Shown: in pieces, positions 11,361 to 22,384 of the stretch
Numbering within the stretch: the stretch's first letter is position 1
How the letters are laid out: each line of letters opens with the position of its first letter
Assembly (NCBI GenBank): GCA_001599295.1
Contig: BCGN01000006.1
Location: forward strand, 1,116,001 to 1,180,000
Direction: 5' to 3'
DNA: 64,000 nucleotides
Origin: Sporopachydermia quercuum
Lineage: Eukaryota
Translations under genes and position numbers: made by a program
The notes under the pieces: model-generated
Seen by the model: only the letters and a program-made list of their open reading frames with translations
What the model was told of the DNA's origin: nothing
The model's database searches: none

Positions 11361-11515
11361 GTTCTACTCATCGGAAAATTCCATTAGAACAATCAAAGAA
11401 AGGGAAAAGAACCAATTGTTTGGTTTCTACTCAACGGAAAGTTCCAGTAGAACAATCAACGGGAGAGCACTAATCCATTGTTCAACTCATCGGAAAAATC
11501 CAGTAGAGCAAATAA
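11361..11515. repeat. Three imperfect tandem copies (period 63/56 bp) of a ~36 bp quasi-palindromic core
   Basis: gttctactcatcggaaaattccattagaacaatcaa (11361), tttctactcaacggaaagttccagtagaacaatcaa (11424), gttcaactcatcggaaaaatccagtagagcaaataa (11480). Confidence 0.85.
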
Positions 11516-14500
11516 CAGATCTTAAATGCTCTGTTGTGAAAACCACAATTGAATTTAGAACAGAATAGTAAATACTATCAAGAAATGAGAAGGTTAGAGT
11601 GCAAATGAACAACTGTTTGNCTAATCTGTTTGAACATATTATCATTCAATCAAATGAAACAAAAACCTTTTTTCTTTGAAAATTGAGGACTAGAGATAAT
11701 ATGGTTTTCTAATTATGGTATTGAGATGCTGAAAACTAGTACAGTTAGAATAAAAGTAATACTTCAACATTTCTCTGGTCACGCAACAAAAGATTGTTGC
11801 GTCGATACTCAACACATTTGTGTGCTGTTTTCGATTGTAGNATCCTAATCTTTGCTCAACAATCCTAATTTCTCCTTTGTGTAAGCTATGTGTAAGAGNA
11901 GCTTCCTTTGCTGGCACAGTCATATTACATTATTCGAGCCTCTACTTCGTCAATANNAGAAATAAAATAATATTGCTTGTTTGTGGCATTAATTAAAAAA
12001 TACCTTTTTGAATTTGACTGCTATTCTTTGGCCAATGCTTCCGGTCAGCAATGTTTTCCGAGCTATAAATCATTTCCATTCCAAAATATTGTACTACCAG
12101 ATTTTCAGCCTCACAGTAAGTTTGAAATAACTCACGGGCTTCTTACTACCTGAGACCTTCTAGATTGTCATTTCACTTACAGATTTGCTATATATTCATT
12201 TCCATACATCTATTATGAAAGAGAGATTAAAGCACGGAAATTTCCTTCATAATGAAATGAGATAAAGTTATAATGTAGATTCTGACCCGAACTAAACCGA
12301 AATACTGCTTTGAACTTTAAATGTATTAGAACTTTATTGATGCATCTTCTGACACCAAATTTCAAACCGTTCTTGATTTTGGAAATTCTTTGTTATTTTA
12401 TTTCGCAAGTTAAATAAACAGGGAAATTTTGAAAATTATACTATAATAATGCCTTTAAAGTTGATTTATCAAGGATCAGTTTCTGAATGGTTGAGATTAT
12501 TATCCAACGAACTTAAATAAGGTAATCCCCACTATTGATTCTTNAGTCTGAAACTAATACCANTAGTATTATCGGAAGAGATTGAAATATAAAGATTACA
12601 GGCAGTCTCTGTCTGTTGGTATGTAAAATAATATATATTTTAAGTAGAATTATCAAGATTATCACCGGTAGGCGAAATGAAAGATCTTTTGATTCGACAC
12701 CTACTTCTAGTCGTAGAATATAGAAATGAAACTAGCAACATTATCACTCAATTGAAGACTCACTAAACACGCTAGCATTNTTTNCTTTTTGAATATATTA
12801 TACTTTGAGCTTTTACTAAAATATTTATATAATNGAAATCTGGTGTCGATTAATGTGTGTGATTTCCACTACGACGATAAAGTGAAATTTTCATTAATNG
12901 AAGTCAACAAACGAACAGCATTTCGTTACTNCNAACTAACTATAATATTCCGAGACAGCAATATATCGTTTTATCTTTTTCAATAAATATTCTTTAACTG
13001 TATCATTTTTATTTCAGTTTAAAAATTAGTTGATCTATTCGACAAATGATATTTAATGTACGAGTCGCATTCAACATCTTGTCGTGAAAAAGATTAAAGT
13101 TTACCAGTAGANAAATCATCGAAGTTTAATTGATGAACTTAAATTTAACTTGGTATTCGGTGAATGGAGAGCATCTCGATAACATATGCAGAGATACTCT
13201 ATGATTACATTGACATTTTAGAAAAAAAATACATATCAAACATTATATGAGAAGTGAAGAACAAATAAAATAATAAAATACAAGGATACAGGAAATAAGA
13301 AAAGTAATTTTTGAAAGTGAAATAACAATTCTCGAGTCCTTATTACTAACGGTTATCAATATGATTATGTTCATAGTTGAAGAAANATTCATCAGTCATA
13401 ATTATGAAATTAACTGATCTTGCTAATTCAATACTAAGGAATGATTTAACTGATTTAATAAATTTAATGTATTTGAACCAACGNCTACAAATAATCTTTG
13501 TCTTAATACACATTTATATATTCTTCCTACTAATGTTAATTAACTAAAAAAATGAACTTGTAGGTTTTTAAACTTATGGAATTACACAACTAGTTTAATG
13601 TGACACTGAATTCTTATTCTAAGAAGGACTGGGCAGCTTGATAAAATAGAATAAAGAGTTGATTTTAAGAAGTATCTCTTTAACCTATATTATATACTAA
13701 GAGAATGGAAAGAATCTATCTGTTCACTAAGAATTGACCTGAGGTGGAATTTTTTTCCACTAAGGAATAGTGAGAGAGCTTCTTAGACCATTGAAGCACA
13801 ATAGCTTGAGCTAATTTTAAAATTGGCTATAGGTCTTGAAGTCCAGATCTGAAAGAAACTTCNTATATTAATTATAACGATAGAACTATTTGTTNGAAGG
13901 ATTTAACCCGTTTACTAGTAACGTTCAAGAATCATCAACATATAAAATCTCTTTGTTGATGGTACTGTGAAGAGGATCAAAAGAGGATTTTATTCAAATC
14001 CTTGTAGGTGTACACTATTTCAGTTTTGAATCGGAGTNTCGATAAAGAAATGCATGTCCCTTGGCATCATGATTGATAAGCAAATCAAATCTTTGGGATA
14101 GTGAGATTGGAATTCTCCTAACACTATATTGCGATAAGGTTTTCATAAAGATTCCTTCTCTAAGACGTCAGGNGAAAATCTACTCCTACAACACTGTTAC
14201 TCAATTGTTACAGTTGCATCAGAGCCATCCATTCACATAGAGCAACACGATTACTTTTGTTTTATCCATCATTCAGTTGGTTGTATAACTATTAAGAATT
14301 ATTTTTACTTTCACTTCGTTTATCAGACTAACTTTTTCCTTTAACGGCGTATATGCTTTAATATTGTCTTTAGTTTCAATTTTGCGAAACCAGTTAGGTT
14401 TAAAGCGCGAATTTGCTGATCGTTTATCAGCAAATTGCGGCAGCTGAAACAAACTAAGCTGTGAAATAATTAAAATAGAACAAAAGAATTAAAATCAATT

Positions 14501-15163
14501 AATTTTATTATATTCATTATGCGCAGAAAAAAGATGTTTGCAAATTCAAGTAAAGCTGTAGATGATTGGTGTTAATATTGTTTATTTGTGAATTAACTTG
14601 CCTGATTGAAGAAGTTCTTTCTTAATAAAGTTAGAACCTTATGCTCTTTCTATATAAAGGTTCAACTTCTAAAACAGGTGAAATCATATTGGCCTTTTAA
14701 CAACATTACTAAAATCTAGGAAATTTCCGGGGATTTTATTCATTTCTGAATATTTTAGATATTCAGAAGTAAAAGCAGTAAGGAAATAAACTTATTCTGC
14801 AAACAAATCGCTGGCCATGCTTTTGTTTCGGTCAATAATACCAAGCTTCTACATGGTTTTCAAATTAAAGTTTAGCCATTTAAGCTTCCTCGGAAGCTAG
14901 ACAAACACATAGTCGGCGACCCATATATTCGACTCCCACTAAATTTAACTTTACGCCTCACCCGGTACATCAAATGAAGAACTTAAATTATGCTTTCTAA
15001 ACTTCATTTCAGGTGTCTTTGGTTCAATGTTAAGATGCTATAATTCGTCAATGCTTTTCTTCTAATGAAAATTAAAATCAATAAATCAAGCAGTAAAAGT
15101 TTTAAATATAACGAAATTTGACAGAAGCTAATTGTCGATTACAATTATTATGATTGAAACGTT

Positions 15164-16000
15164 TTACTGAACAGAATCCTGTAAACCGTACATATTCAGT
15201 TGTCGTTTCGTCAATTTAAGCACCTTGCAATAAACCATTTGAAATCCTGCCTCTTTATAAGCAAACAAGTCATTAATATTCGTTAAGCAAAAGTAATTAG
15301 GTGAAGAGAAAGCTTCTGACTGGTATGACACCAAATTGATTAAAGGAAGCATACCTTGATATAATGCAGCTAAGTCTGATGCTGACGCTGATGACACTTC
15401 TTCCATTGCATCTCCTCCATCACTCAACATTCTGAAATATTCTCGAGAAAAAGGAACAACATCTTTACTGGAAGTACTGCAAACTCTTCTTTTTTTCTTA
15501 AGAGCTTTCGTATCCTCTACATAGATCTCCCTTAGAGTATCATGCTCATTGTCATCGGTATCCATTAATACTGCCGCTTCCGACTGTAGGTCACTAACCG
15601 TCATCATACCATCCAAACCATAGAATGTGTCCATAGTAGTTCCATATACTGGAGGCATATATTCTTCCCGTATTTTAATACCCATTTCTAACCTTGAATT
15701 TTCATCTACTTTAAATCCTGACATGTCAAAAGGACAGTCCAATGGCTCAGGTGTTCTGTTAGCATACACTATTGGCGCTCGTTTTTCATTAATATCCAGG
15801 AACTGATTGCTACTGCCATTTCCAGTATCGTCTTTACCAACAAACCAAGTAAACGAATACTCCCATGACCGTATAGTGTTCAGTAGTTTCACGGTATCTT
15901 TTATTGATTTTTCGCTTTTTAAATGGTCNACATTATGTGGAACTTCAATATCAGCTATAGCCACAAGCCGCGGTGCTGCTGATTTTAGAAGAATTGACAT
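15164..16000 (-). CDS. Orphan protein, 278 aa, with a candidate NLS
   Basis: An 837 bp open frame with ATG start in AT-rich surroundings. Globular-type composition with a KKKRR motif. No family recognised. Confidence 0.7.
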   Translation of the reverse strand: MSILLKSAAPRLVAIADIEVPHNXDHLKSEKSIKDTVKLLNTIRSWEYSFTWFVGKDDTGNGSSNQFLDINEKRAPIVYANRTPEPLDCPFDMSGFKVDENSRLEMGIKIREEYMPPVYGTTMDTFYGLDGMMTVSDLQSEAAVLMDTDDNEHDTLREIYVEDTKALKKKRRVCSTSSKDVVPFSREYFRMLSDGGDAMEEVSSASASDLAALYQGMLPLINLVSYQSEAFSSPNYFCLTNINDLFAYKEAGFQMVYCKVLKLTKRQLNMYGLQDSVQ

Positions 16001-17420
16001 AATGAATTGCTCTGAAATTGAACTCTTAGTTGCTTTTTCAAAGGTGAAAGATTTTCTTTGGTTTCAGTGAATAACTATTCAAACTACTTGTTAAACTGCT
16101 GTTAACTTATTATTCTCAGGTTTTATATTATTCCATATTAATCAAAAATATCGAACAGGTGGTGAAGTGAATAAAAATTTATTATGCGGTAGTTACTTTA
16201 AATATATAAAAAAAATGATTTTCTAGTACATTTTACCCCAGACTTCAATGGGTTCATTTGAGTTATCGGATCAACTTGATTTCATTGATTTCAATGATCA
16301 AATTAGTGGAAATCTTATCTCTAATTGAATTGTCTGTTCATCAACCAGCTAAAGGGAAAATGGCACTAGAACTATGGTTATTGCAACATTCTGGAATACT
16401 GCAGTTTTACTCAGCAGTTGACCTTATGACACATGCTTTTACGTATGAACAAATGGAACACTTTCTGTATGGTTGGCTCAATATTCGCTGAACATGGAGA
16501 AAAATGTGGGGATCATAGTTAAAAAGATAGTTGAGAAATTACTAAATATAATAAGATTAAAGTCACGCTTAGGGTATTTAGTAACCCTTTGGTTTGCCTA
16601 AATATAGTGTAACAGCTAAATAGATCACTTTGCATGATGAAAACAGTAGGCAAGCAACCCTAGGAAGGATCACTGTTNATGACATAAGTACTTTTAATTG
16701 ATATGCTATTGGATGATCACGTTGCTTATGGTAACAGTAAAAGTCAGAAGGGTTCACAGAAAATATAGTTTATAAAAATTATGCGTTCTACGGTAGAGAT
16801 AGTAGTAGAATATAATGAAAAGGAATAAAAGGATTAGAAATAGTAACAAAGAAAAAGTAGCAAGTGCGTCAATTGGACCACTAGGGAATCATTTGATTGA
16901 AAAGCGGAAATGATACGATATGGGTGATGAATGTGAAGTGCTGATAAGAGTTTTGGATTACGTGATTCATAGTTACTGAATATTGGCTTCTTTGGAGGAC
17001 AGGTGTTCGGGTGATAATGTTTAGAGAAGGAAAAGAANATAAGCAAGTACCCACAAACACACATCCTTACAGACATATACATCGTAGAATATTTATTGAT
17101 AGCCATACGTACTCAAGCTATGAAACCCTTCAATGTTCGGCTTCCCCTTCAATCTCTCATGCATATACCCTGCAGTACCATGCATTTATACTGCACTTTC
17201 ATCCATCAACATAGAACCTTATCCTATATGTCACATGTACAGTACCTCCCATTTACCTCCAAAACATGTCAAATGNAAAAAATAATCGAAAACGCGTTTC
17301 CTGTCTGAAACCCCACATGAGAACCAATAATTATCATTATATTCTGATTATCTTCAGCTTTCTGAACCATANCAATCACCTTGTTTTGTTCCTATTAAAC
17401 CGTACTATTGTGCTTTGATC

Positions 17421-19988
17421 ATGGACAGAGACGACGAACGCAATGGCACACCAAAACAGACTAACGCTACTAATACCAATAATGGGTCTTCCTCTCATAA
17501 CAACACAACTGTAGGAAGTACATCCTCTAAGCCAGAACCAAATAGCAGCCTAGAATCCCAGATTTTGAAACGAGATGAAAACCTTCCACTGAAACCAGTT
17601 TTACCAGGAGAACCTGAACAATCATCATNTTCCACTTCAGTTTCTGCTTCTTCCAATGTTCCTATATGGATATCCAAGCCTACTTCTTCTCCTTCGCCAG
17701 TGGTNGATGTACCAGACATTGCTGCTACCAGGCATACCCCTATTAGCTCCAGTAACGTCAAAAAATCCAAAACCTCAACTGAATTAAAACCAGGATCTCA
17801 TAAGAAGAGTTCTGGTATTTCTGGTACGTCGCGACAGTCTCCAGCAGTTGATTCAAAAGGTAGTGCCAAGAAAAGGAAACTAGCAGTGGATCCACCAAAG
17901 AGCAGCCGTTCTGGCAGTAAATCTCCACCTATCAAGAACAAGAACAAGAGCGAAGAAACAGGATCGTATCAAGAAAGAGAAAAACCAGAATCAAGTCTTA
18001 AAAAGCATGCTCTTTCTGGCGGTGATAAACAGAACAGAGAGAAGAAACCACCTAAACCATCGAAGAAAGATGATCATCATGACTCTTTCAGCACTGGAAC
18101 TGAATCCATAGATGACACTATTAATCATAACAGTGATTTGTCAGATGTACCATATACAGCGAAGCCGAAAAAGAAGACTCGGAAATCAGAGCTGAAATCA
18201 GAGCTGAAATCAACTTCACAGCAAAGGAAGCTCAGTCCTCTAAGCAATACATCTACAGTAGTTACAGATTGCGACTTTGAAATGAAGCCAAGGAAATCAA
18301 AACTAAAAACTAAAGCAAGAAAGAAGCAGGATATGTATTATTTCGATAGCGAGGAATACTCAGAAGAAGAGCTTGACAAGCCCGCTACGAAAGGTAAATC
18401 AACTAGATCTTCAACCGTTGATAGAGATCAAGAGTCCAATTCTCAGAACACCGGTGCTGGCTATTCCAATGGTAATAACACCAATACTAACAGCAGCAAG
18501 TCCCGGAAAGACCCTGAAAAGAAAATAATCACTAATGGAATTCCAACCGATTTCACCGACCCTTTTGAAATCGCTTCTAATCCTGACGGTGCCTTGCCTG
18601 AAGAATCCTACGTCAACGACGACCAGGAAGAGGGAGAAGGAGAAGATCCAGAAGAAAACGCTGAAACATCAAATGCTCAGAAAGACGAACCCAGCGACTC
18701 AGAATACGCTACTTTTGACTTTCCTGTCAAGGAGAAAGTGTCCCCCCGGTATAAAACAATCGATGGCGAAGAACAGCAGATTTATTGCTTCTGCAACAAC
18801 GTGGACAACGGGACAGCAATGATACAGTGCGACATATGCGATGAATGGTACCATTCGGAGTGCGTGAACGTCAAACAGTATAAACATGTCTACTTATCGC
18901 ATTATGTCTGTTCTAAATGCTGTGGGAAAAATGATATTCCATCTAACGGCAAACAGGGATTTNTCGAATGGGTCTTGTATCCTGTGTGCTCATTGGAAAG
19001 ATGCGGTAATGCTATTCCTCTATCTGCTGAGGGTAAAATCCTATCGCTGTTTTGCTCTATCGACCATGCCCAGGAGTTTTACACCAGCCTATTAAAATCT
19101 ATTCCTTATGATAATAGCGAAGTTATCATTCGGGACAACAGTCTTTTAGATAGAAGACACATTAAAGGGATTGTGCAGTCGCTGAAGATCAAAAACAAAG
19201 AGTTTGATAAGGCAAAGCTAGCGTCGTTAGGAGAACCAGTACCTGTGGCTCCTGCTAAGGAATGGGAACTTCTAGATAACCACGAGAAACAGGAAGTTAT
19301 TGATCTACACAACCAAATAGAAAAACTACTGCTAGAAGCTCAGTACCATGTGCTGAAGCTGACAGCTATCGCCCGGGCTAAAAAGTTAGCAGAATTACTG
19401 TACAATTTCGATAATGGCATTGAGCCTGTTGCGTTATCGCATGAAAACACTTCCGACGATAATAATAACTCTTATGATGCCAATAAGCATTTCCATGCTC
19501 ATACAAATAAAAAGTATACCAAGAAGAAGCAGCCACCGAAGAAGAAACCAGCCTCGTACTGCGGATATCTCGATGTCGTGCGTTATCTGCCTGAAAAATG
19601 GAAAGAGTGGGTTGAGTCTCCTCTTGGGAAGAAATTTTTCCATCTGAGAGATAAGAACAAAACAGTGGTTGAAGAGGCTAACATTGATTTGAATGATATT
19701 CCATTAATCGTTTCTGATATTGACGTTTCCGACATCAATATGTTTCCTCGCCATAAGGTGGATTTGTTGGTGAATATGGTTAATTTATGTATGAAAGAGA
19801 AGTGCCCTAAGCATGTTGACTGGATGATTATGCTCTGTGACCGATGTGCTGTTCAGGTTCAAGAGATTTTCACCAAGGTGAGGAAGTTGGAGAGAAAGAA
19901 GGATAATCTGTTTGAAGCTGCTTTCAAAAGGCATATGGTGAATCGATTGAATAGCCATAATGGCAATTTGACTGTGTTATTGGATTAG
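17421..19988 (+). CDS. SPP1: COMPASS/Set1C PHD-finger subunit Spp1 (Cps40/CXXC1-like) with long low-complexity N-terminus
   Basis: PHD YCFCNN..MIQCDICDEWYHSECV..YVCSKC, then CSLERC..LFCS, YCGY and C-terminal CMKEKCPKHVDW plus coiled coil, as in Spp1. Confidence 0.8.
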   Translation: MDRDDERNGTPKQTNATNTNNGSSSHNNTTVGSTSSKPEPNSSLESQILKRDENLPLKPVLPGEPEQSSXSTSVSASSNVPIWISKPTSSPSPVXDVPDIAATRHTPISSSNVKKSKTSTELKPGSHKKSSGISGTSRQSPAVDSKGSAKKRKLAVDPPKSSRSGSKSPPIKNKNKSEETGSYQEREKPESSLKKHALSGGDKQNREKKPPKPSKKDDHHDSFSTGTESIDDTINHNSDLSDVPYTAKPKKKTRKSELKSELKSTSQQRKLSPLSNTSTVVTDCDFEMKPRKSKLKTKARKKQDMYYFDSEEYSEEELDKPATKGKSTRSSTVDRDQESNSQNTGAGYSNGNNTNTNSSKSRKDPEKKIITNGIPTDFTDPFEIASNPDGALPEESYVNDDQEEGEGEDPEENAETSNAQKDEPSDSEYATFDFPVKEKVSPRYKTIDGEEQQIYCFCNNVDNGTAMIQCDICDEWYHSECVNVKQYKHVYLSHYVCSKCCGKNDIPSNGKQGFXEWVLYPVCSLERCGNAIPLSAEGKILSLFCSIDHAQEFYTSLLKSIPYDNSEVIIRDNSLLDRRHIKGIVQSLKIKNKEFDKAKLASLGEPVPVAPAKEWELLDNHEKQEVIDLHNQIEKLLLEAQYHVLKLTAIARAKKLAELLYNFDNGIEPVALSHENTSDDNNNSYDANKHFHAHTNKKYTKKKQPPKKKPASYCGYLDVVRYLPEKWKEWVESPLGKKFFHLRDKNKTVVEEANIDLNDIPLIVSDIDVSDINMFPRHKVDLLVNMVNLCMKEKCPKHVDWMIMLCDRCAVQVQEIFTKVRKLERKKDNLFEAAFKRHMVNRLNSHNGNLTVLLD

Positions 19989-20309
19989 GAGTGAGTAGAG
20001 TAGGCATGTGAGTAATTGTAACGATAAAGGGGTCNTACGAGTAGAGAGAAAGAAGTATGGAGAAGTGTTGATATTAGAATAGTATATTAGTAAGTATACA
20101 ATAAACGTGCTAGATAAGCTACTATAAGCTACTGTAAGCTACTGGAAGCTGTTGTAAGAAAATATACCAATCAAATAGGTCCAATAGGTTGTAATGATTC
20201 ACCGATTCTTTTATTTCTTACAAATCAGCTACTTCATCAGCCGCTTCATCCGTAGNATCCTTTCCAGCTTCAGCAGCCTCAGCAGCTTCACTAGCTTGGA
20301 TTACTTCGA

Positions 20310-22384
20310 TTATTCTTTCACATCGCCTTCTCCAGCAGCTAGTTCACTATTATCGGCCACCGCTTTCAATTCCACGTCACCGTCGGCATCGACAGCAGCA
20401 GTTTCATCATTATCACCAGCAGAGCTCAGAGGAGCATTTTCCTTTTGCACGGTACCCTCGCTAGCATTGTCAGTGGCATCTACAGTATCTACAGCAGGGA
20501 CAGCACTGCTATCATTGTCAGCGGCTTCAGTATCATAATTGNTCTTCGTCTCGGTATCGGAGGGAAGCTCCTCAAAAACAGTTCTCGGCTTCCAAACCTC
20601 TAATAACGCATCTTCGGCAGCACTACCTACTAGGCCTATCAGTTCTGGGTGCCAACCGCAGTCAGTGATTCGTCCCATATGTCCGCCATGCATAAACGAT
20701 AGTTCTAGAGGGCCTTCTTCCATTTCCTCAGTGCTGTTTTCATCGTCAATCATACTAAGGTCCCAAATCAACACCCTTCTATCGTTTGAGCCTGACACAA
20801 GCATAGATGTCACATGAGGATTCCACTCGACTACCGTTACCTCAGACGTATGTCCTGATAGCGTTCTAGTGGACCCTTGAGTGTATCTTAGATCCCATAA
20901 AGCAATAGTGGAATCAGTTGATCCCGATGCCAATAAATAGTCAGTTCCTGCGTGCGGTGAGAAAGCAAGAGAGTTCACTGAATCAGTATGAGCATCAATG
21001 TATTTGATCACTGGACTGGTACTGTTTGTTCTCGTATCGAATATTTGAATGGTCAGGTCATCCGAGGTTGAAGCGAAAATAGCAGAATGTAAAGGATGGA
21101 ACTGAACATCATTAACAATTGAAGAATGAGCAGAATAGGTTCTCAGAGGTGTATATTCTTGCTTGGATTCACTGATGTTCCATAGAGCTACCTCGTTGTC
21201 GTCAGCACCCGTTAATACTTCTCCTGTGACATTGGGATTGAAAGATAATCCATAGCCTTCCTTTTTATGATAATTCAAAGTGGCAATGTAATTGGAGCCG
21301 CTNGTAAACCCGTTGGTTGATCCATTTCTATTGTAAATGTATCCCAAGCCTTTATTGCCCATGGATATTAAGATATTAGGATCCTGAGGCATATAACGTA
21401 CTTTGTTCACTTCTCCGTCGTGGACGTACTTTTCGACAACTTTGAGCCTTGGAGTGTCATAAGAATGATCAGGAATTGGTATATTTTCAGCTGAAGAGTT
21501 TGGATTCAAAGTAGCTGGAACATCGATGCTTACTACTTGGACGTAGTTTTGATCTCTGTTTGAAGTATTGGTTCCTGTGACCATATAAGCGGTAGTAATC
21601 GTACCGTCTTCAGATCTAGTAGTTGTTAGAATAATGCAGTAAATGTAAAGATAGAGTGAAGTAGTAGAAGATCGCAGAATATAATAAATATAATGAAATA
21701 TAGAATATAAGTTATTAGACAATCAGCAAGATGTTCTGTATGCTCTTATAGTATAATGTTAGAACTTACAGAGTAGTATTTGGTAGCCATTGAATAGAAA
21801 GGGTAGGATAATGAAGGGCTGTTGTTTGAACAATATCATACAGCATGGGACAAGCTTTCTTCCATAGTTTTAGTTCTAGAGGAAATTAGGTTTGTTAGTA
21901 GCTATTTGAGGTAGGTTTTACTAATTCTAATAAGTAATCGCAAATGGTGCCAGGTCAACACGAATGACCCTATAATAAAAAGAATCAATAGAAAGACCCT
22001 TCCATTCTTACACTACCATACGTATTTAACAAAGAGCTTACCTTCGTTTATCCCTTTTTCCGTCAATTGAGCTTCCTTGAATATTTTGGTTTCAGGATCT
22101 ATAAATAAATAGAAAGTTAGTGATTCATGTTCGGCTTGAAGTTCATGGATAAANACTTCCAGTCTTAATTCCCATATAAGGAGTTTAACAATATGAGAAT
22201 ACAGCTGGTATCAGGCAAGATACGCAGTAAGTTGGTAGTATATTGCTGTTACTCATGTGCTGCTGTTGCTGTTGTTGTTCACTTGCAGCTATTTTCCTGC
22301 TGCTAGTGCTATCCACCTACTATCACCGTATCACTTACTTGTTAACAAATCCTCTTTCAAAGAGCTTGAAACTGCACTGGTCAT
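20310..22384 (-). CDS. RBBP4/Hat2/Msi1-family WD40 histone-binding protein; 4 exons (22384-22339, 22098-22042, 21875-21770, 21615-20310)
   Basis: Spliced N-terminus reads EKGINEELKLWKKACPMLYD..TALHYPTLSIQWLP. Also HDGEVNKVRYMPQDP, WD repeats and FMHGGH. Donors GTAAGT/GTAAGC/GTAAGT and branches CACTAAC/TACTAAC/TTCTAAC; intron phases match. Confidence 0.9.

Noticed and set aside
11361..11515. CRISPR array
   Set aside because: Eukaryotic context, no cas genes, degenerate repeats and mutually similar spacers.
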